A stretch of 64,000 bases of DNA from Rhodothermales bacterium (GTDB taxonomy: Bacteria; Bacteroidota; Rhodothermia; Rhodothermales; Bin80): contig OZ242367.1 of NCBI GenBank assembly GCA_965209015.1, positions 447,160 through 511,159 of the forward strand. Direction: 5' to 3'. Within the stretch, counting starts at the first letter, position 1. The number at the start of each line of letters is the position of its first letter. Below the pieces are notes generated by a model. The model was not told the DNA's origin, made no database searches, and worked only from the letters and a program-made list of their open reading frames with translations. The position numbers and the translations under genes were made by a program. Of the stretch, positions 60,170 through 64,000 are shown one piece after another.

Positions 60170-60560
60170 GAATCTAACCTCTGTCGTATAAACAAATTTT
60201 TTGGATGCGAGGAATGATCACATGAAATAGGCAACTGATCATTCCTTCTTAAATTGTTCGTTGGATTCGGAAGACTCAATATATTTTTTCTGGGCCTTCA
60301 GGAGGACATGGCTGGAATCTCAATCATTCCGAAAATAAGACAGAAGATTAAACCTAATGTTTTGATCAAAGAACATGATATTCATGCATGAGATACAACC
60401 GGAAGATCATGATGTAAGGTGGACCTATATATAACTCTTCGGGATTATGATGGTATTTAAAGTGGGAAATTCAGGTACATCACGAAATCAGAGCGAATCA
60501 GAGCGAGCAACAGTGAGGACTTGGAAAACGGATTTTAGATTAATCAAGTGCGGATACCAG

Positions 60561-60634
<74 letters not shown>

Positions 60635-60691
60635 AAAACACATGACTACGCTTGGATGCTCAGTGGGATCCACGATTACCCTTTCCGAAGC

Positions 60692-61165
60692 ATGAGGCAA
60701 TTGAACTTACCATCATACGAGTATGAGCTTCGCAATCAAGATGGACGCAGAGTCATTTTGGATCCCATTCGGAAGCGATTTGTACCTCTAACAGATGAGG
60801 AGTGGGTACGACAGCATTTTGTGCAGTATCTCCTCAGGAATATGGAAGTTCCACCCGCCTCAATATCTATTGAGGTTTCCATTCCAATACGGGATCGGTA
60901 CTACCGTGCCGATATTGTTGTGTATGATCGACAGATAAAGCCGGTATTAGTCGTTGAGTGTAAGCGACCATCAGTAAAAATTGGGCAGGAAGCATTTAAT
61001 CAGATTGGTCATTATAACACCGGGTTACAAGTCCCTTATTTGATAGTCACCAATGGAATGCGACATTATTGCTGTGTGGTTGATCATTTGCAACGCAGCT
61101 ACCATTTTTTAGATGAAATTCCTTCGTATCAGAAAATGATTTTATTTGCCCGTCATGTTAAATAA
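60692..61165 (+). CDS. Type I restriction enzyme HsdR N-terminal-domain-like (PD-(D/E)xK fold) protein
   Basis: '[13 protein letters not shown]...[24 protein letters not shown]' has the D...ExK nuclease-like core. The start was trimmed to 60692 because the track ORF runs through the tRNA. Confidence 0.65.
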   Translation: MRQLNLPSYEYELRNQDGRRVILDPIRKRFVPLTDEEWVRQHFVQYLLRNMEVPPASISIEVSIPIRDRYYRADIVVYDRQIKPVLVVECKRPSVKIGQEAFNQIGHYNTGLQVPYLIVTNGMRHYCCVVDHLQRSYHFLDEIPSYQKMILFARHVK

Positions 61166-62093
61166 CTCTTACGAAATAGAGATCGAAGTTGTACGAACAG
61201 CGCTGAGGGAGGCCGCTCAACTGTGCAGATCAGTGCAGGATCATGTTCCAATCACAAAAAGTGACCGGAGTCCGGTCACGATTGCTGATTATGGGAGTCA
61301 GGCGCTCATATGTCGAGCGCTCCGAGAGGCTTTTCCCGATGATCCCATAATTGCTGAAGAAGATAGCACGCTCCTGAGAGCAAATGAGCATGCTAAGCTA
61401 CGGGAGATTTTGGGGCAACATCTCGAAATAATTCGCCCAGATACCTCCTTAGTTCAGGCGATGCATTGGATTGATTATGGGAATGCGGAAAGTTATTCAG
61501 ATCGGTTCTGGACGCTTGATCCTATTGATGGTACAAAAGGATTCCTGCGCAAAGGTCATTACGCTGTTGCTCTGGCCCTCATAGAGGGGGGAGAGGTAGT
61601 CGTTGCGGGACTTGCATGTCCAATGCTTGAGGATGAAATATTTTTGGCTGCCCATGGATATGGGGCAAGGCTGGGCAAGATCCCTCTTCAGGTGAGCCAA
61701 CGAACAGCTGTTTCTCAGGCAAGGATCAGTCAAAGTGTGGAGCCCGGCCATAGTGCTTTGGGACAAGTCCAGAGGGTTGCAGACTATCTGGGGATTACAT
61801 CTGAACGTTTGAGATTAGATAGTCAGGCAAAGTATGCGGTGGTCGCACGTGGAGATGCAGAAATATATATGCGTCTACCTACCCGAAGAGATTACATAGA
61901 GCGAATTTGGGATCATGCGCCCGGGGCTCTGTTACTTACGGAGGCCGGTGGGATCGTTACGGACACTCGAGGGAACCCACTAGACTTCAGTTGTGGAAAA
62001 GGACTGGATCGCAACCGGGGAATCATTGCCACGAATGGAAAGGTTCATGGAGCGGTGATAGAAGCCCTAAAGATCCTGGAAATAGTTCACTAA
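61155..62093 (+). CDS. 3'(2'),5'-bisphosphate nucleotidase (inositol monophosphatase superfamily)
   Basis: 'IAEEDS', 'WTLDPIDGTKGF' and 'WDHAPGALLLTEAGG'. The ATG is at 61155; the track's TTG is at 61146. Confidence 0.8.
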   Translation: MLNNSYEIEIEVVRTALREAAQLCRSVQDHVPITKSDRSPVTIADYGSQALICRALREAFPDDPIIAEEDSTLLRANEHAKLREILGQHLEIIRPDTSLVQAMHWIDYGNAESYSDRFWTLDPIDGTKGFLRKGHYAVALALIEGGEVVVAGLACPMLEDEIFLAAHGYGARLGKIPLQVSQRTAVSQARISQSVEPGHSALGQVQRVADYLGITSERLRLDSQAKYAVVARGDAEIYMRLPTRRDYIERIWDHAPGALLLTEAGGIVTDTRGNPLDFSCGKGLDRNRGIIATNGKVHGAVIEALKILEIVH

Positions 62094-62116
62094 AAGAACT
62101 ACCAATTTAAAGTTAT

Positions 62117-63510
62117 GGGTCTTCAACAAATTTAGTGAAAGCGGAATAGGCATTCCGTGCGTAAATTTAGCAAACCTGATGGGAATCTGCCCGATTTCCG
62201 GGAACAATTTCCAGGGGTTTCTCTGTGTGCAAACGTTCAACTTTATTCAATGAGTGTAGAATTCAACGAAATCAATGCGGTGTATGGGATTGTATCTCCT
62301 TGGCGGATCTCAAAGATCACAACGGATACGGCGGGCTACGAGGTCTTTCTGCATGTGTGTTGCGAGGATGAGTCGGGACTGACCTGTCCCGTATGTGACC
62401 GGGTGTGTCCGGTGTATGACCGTCGTGCGCGGAAGTGGCGGCATCTGGATACGGGGACGTATCGCACGTATGTGGTCACGGATCTTCCTCGGGTAAAGTG
62501 TCCGGATCATGGGTTGCGGACGATCGCGGTTCCGTGGGCAGACCGAAGTGCTCGGATGAGTTTGAAAGCATGGTGATTGACTGGCTCCAAGAGGCGAGTA
62601 TCTCTGCGGTATTTCGTATACTGGGATTGAGCTGGACTGCTATTGACGGGGTGATGCAACGTGCTGTTCAACGAGGGCTTGCACGAAGATCAACCGGATC
62701 CTTTACGCGGGTCGGTGTGGATGAAACCACCTATAAGAAAGGCCACAAGTATATCACGGTGGTATCGGATTCAATCACCGGCACCGTCGTGTATGTCGGT
62801 GAAGGACGTACGAAGCAGTCCTTGAAGCGCTGGTATGATGAATGTAGCCCTGAACAGCTGGAACAGATGGAGAGTGTGAGTATGGATAGGTGGCCCGCGC
62901 ACATCAACACCACGAAGGAATGTGTCCCTGGGGCCGAAGCGAAGATTACGTTTGACCGATTCCATGTGGCGAAGAAAGTCGGAGAGGCTGTGGATCAGGT
63001 TCGCCGACAGGAGAACCAGGAATTGAAAAAGGACGACCGAGATGACCTCGTTGGCACCAAGTATGATGGGTTGACCAATCCGGAGAATATGTCGGCTCAG
63101 CAAAAGAAACGGTTCCGCCAGTTAAAGACCAGTTCGTTGAAGACGGCCCGTGCATGGGCTATCAAGGAATTGTCTCAGAAGCTATGGCATTATGTGAGTC
63201 CCACCTGGGCACGCAAGGGCTGGAAGCGATGGTTATCCTGGGCCATGCGTTGTCGACTGGAACCAATGAAAAAGGTCGCCAAAACCGTGAAAGAACATTT
63301 GTGGGGAATTATCAACGCGATCATCCTAAAGGTCAGTAATGGCCCGGCGGAAAGCATCAACAGTCGAATCAAAACCGTAAAAATTCGTAGCCGCGGCTTC
63401 CGCAATGTGGACCGGTTGATGAACGCGATCTACTTCTATCTGGGGGGGGCTGGATCTCTACCCAGAAAGTGTTCAAAATAGACCTCGTCCACTAAAATAA
63501 TTGAAGAGCC
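62117..63510 (+). mobile_element. ISL3-family insertion sequence (copy 2) with 8-bp target-site duplication
   Basis: IRL is 'gggtcttcaacaaatttagtg' (62117). IRR is '...cactaaaataattgaagagcc' (ending at 63510). The element is flanked by identical 'aaagttat' at 62109-62116 and 63511-63518. Confidence 0.9.
62250..63481 (+). pseudogene. ISL3 transposase, split by a frameshift near 62550
   Basis: ORF1 ends 'VPWADRSARMSLKAW*'. The homologous sequence continues in another frame as 'SDEFESMVIDWLQEAS...', where copy 1 reads 'VPWADARVQFTTGFEARVIDW'. Confidence 0.75.
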
Positions 63511-63922
63511 AAAGTTATTTCCCAATCACTAGGGTAAACTGATTGTCCATTTGTTCAATAGAACGAATTCACAATTTACCGCCATGCCATTGTCCAGGTT
63601 TATTCAATTGACCGATCGGCAAGTTTTTCTAACTGGTGCCAGCATTAAGAATTAACCTTTAACGAAAATTGGACAGGAAAGAGTTGAGTATCCAAGGAGC
63701 AGTAGCTTCCAGTTGGCAACAATGGCATTCAATATCCGAAACTCTATCCCAATCCTCTACGATAACCTGAGCAATGCCAAATCGTATGCATTGACTGCAT
63801 TGTCAAATCAGTTACCTCCGGTGATTCCAGACATGTAAGTGGGGTATCTGGGGACTGCAACAATCTGTGTTCTAGATTAGATTAATGACCTAACGAAAAG
63901 ATAAGTAACCCCAGTTAGACCC

Positions 63923-64000
63923 ATGGAGATGAAAAAAGTATCAATACGATTGGTCATTCTCATTATGATGATGAATCCTGCGGTCATGACCGCTCAGGAT
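63923..64000 (+). CDS. 5' end of a secreted protein gene (runs off the window)
   Basis: 'MEMKKVSIRLVILIMMMNPAVMTAQD' looks like a signal peptide. Only 26 codons are visible. Confidence 0.3.
   Translation, partial: MEMKKVSIRLVILIMMMNPAVMTAQD

Overview
This 64-kb window looks like it comes from a Bacteroidota/Balneolota-like genome, because it has a T9SS C-terminal sorting domain, a GldG/ABC-2 cluster and a background GC of about 45-50%.

The right half (41-62 kb) is ordinary core metabolism. It carries a PLP decarboxylase, eda, a ROK kinase, htpG, a gldA/F/G-like ABC cluster, icd, a GT2, pdhA/pdhB/E2, a sulfatase, tRNA-Pro and a bisphosphate nucleotidase.

The left end carries rpoN (cut by the window edge), a 9-kb LRR/Calx-beta/autotransporter-type gene with an internal GC break, hisE-hisG, and a translationally coupled MbnP/MbnH-like cluster with a TonB-dependent receptor.

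The stretch from about 20 to 41 kb is accessory. It holds small orphan gene pairs, an 8.3-kb adhesin with about 21 FN3 repeats and a T9SS tail, and a decaying defence island with ISL3 elements at both ends.

The main find is in that island: a CBASS-like operon at 32.36-36.14 kb. It consists of a SMODS/CD-NTase, a minimal 137-aa UBC-fold E2-like protein and a patatin phospholipase. A fused HTH-ImmA/IrrE regulator is transcribed divergently, and a perfect 9-1-9 palindrome sits between the two promoters. Downstream lie a DUF3800 gene, a KAP NTPase truncated by an ISL3 element, a nonsense-mutated RelE-like toxin, an IstB relic and a 23-bp tandem repeat.

All calls rest on reading motifs by eye in the supplied translations and sequence. 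No database search was run.
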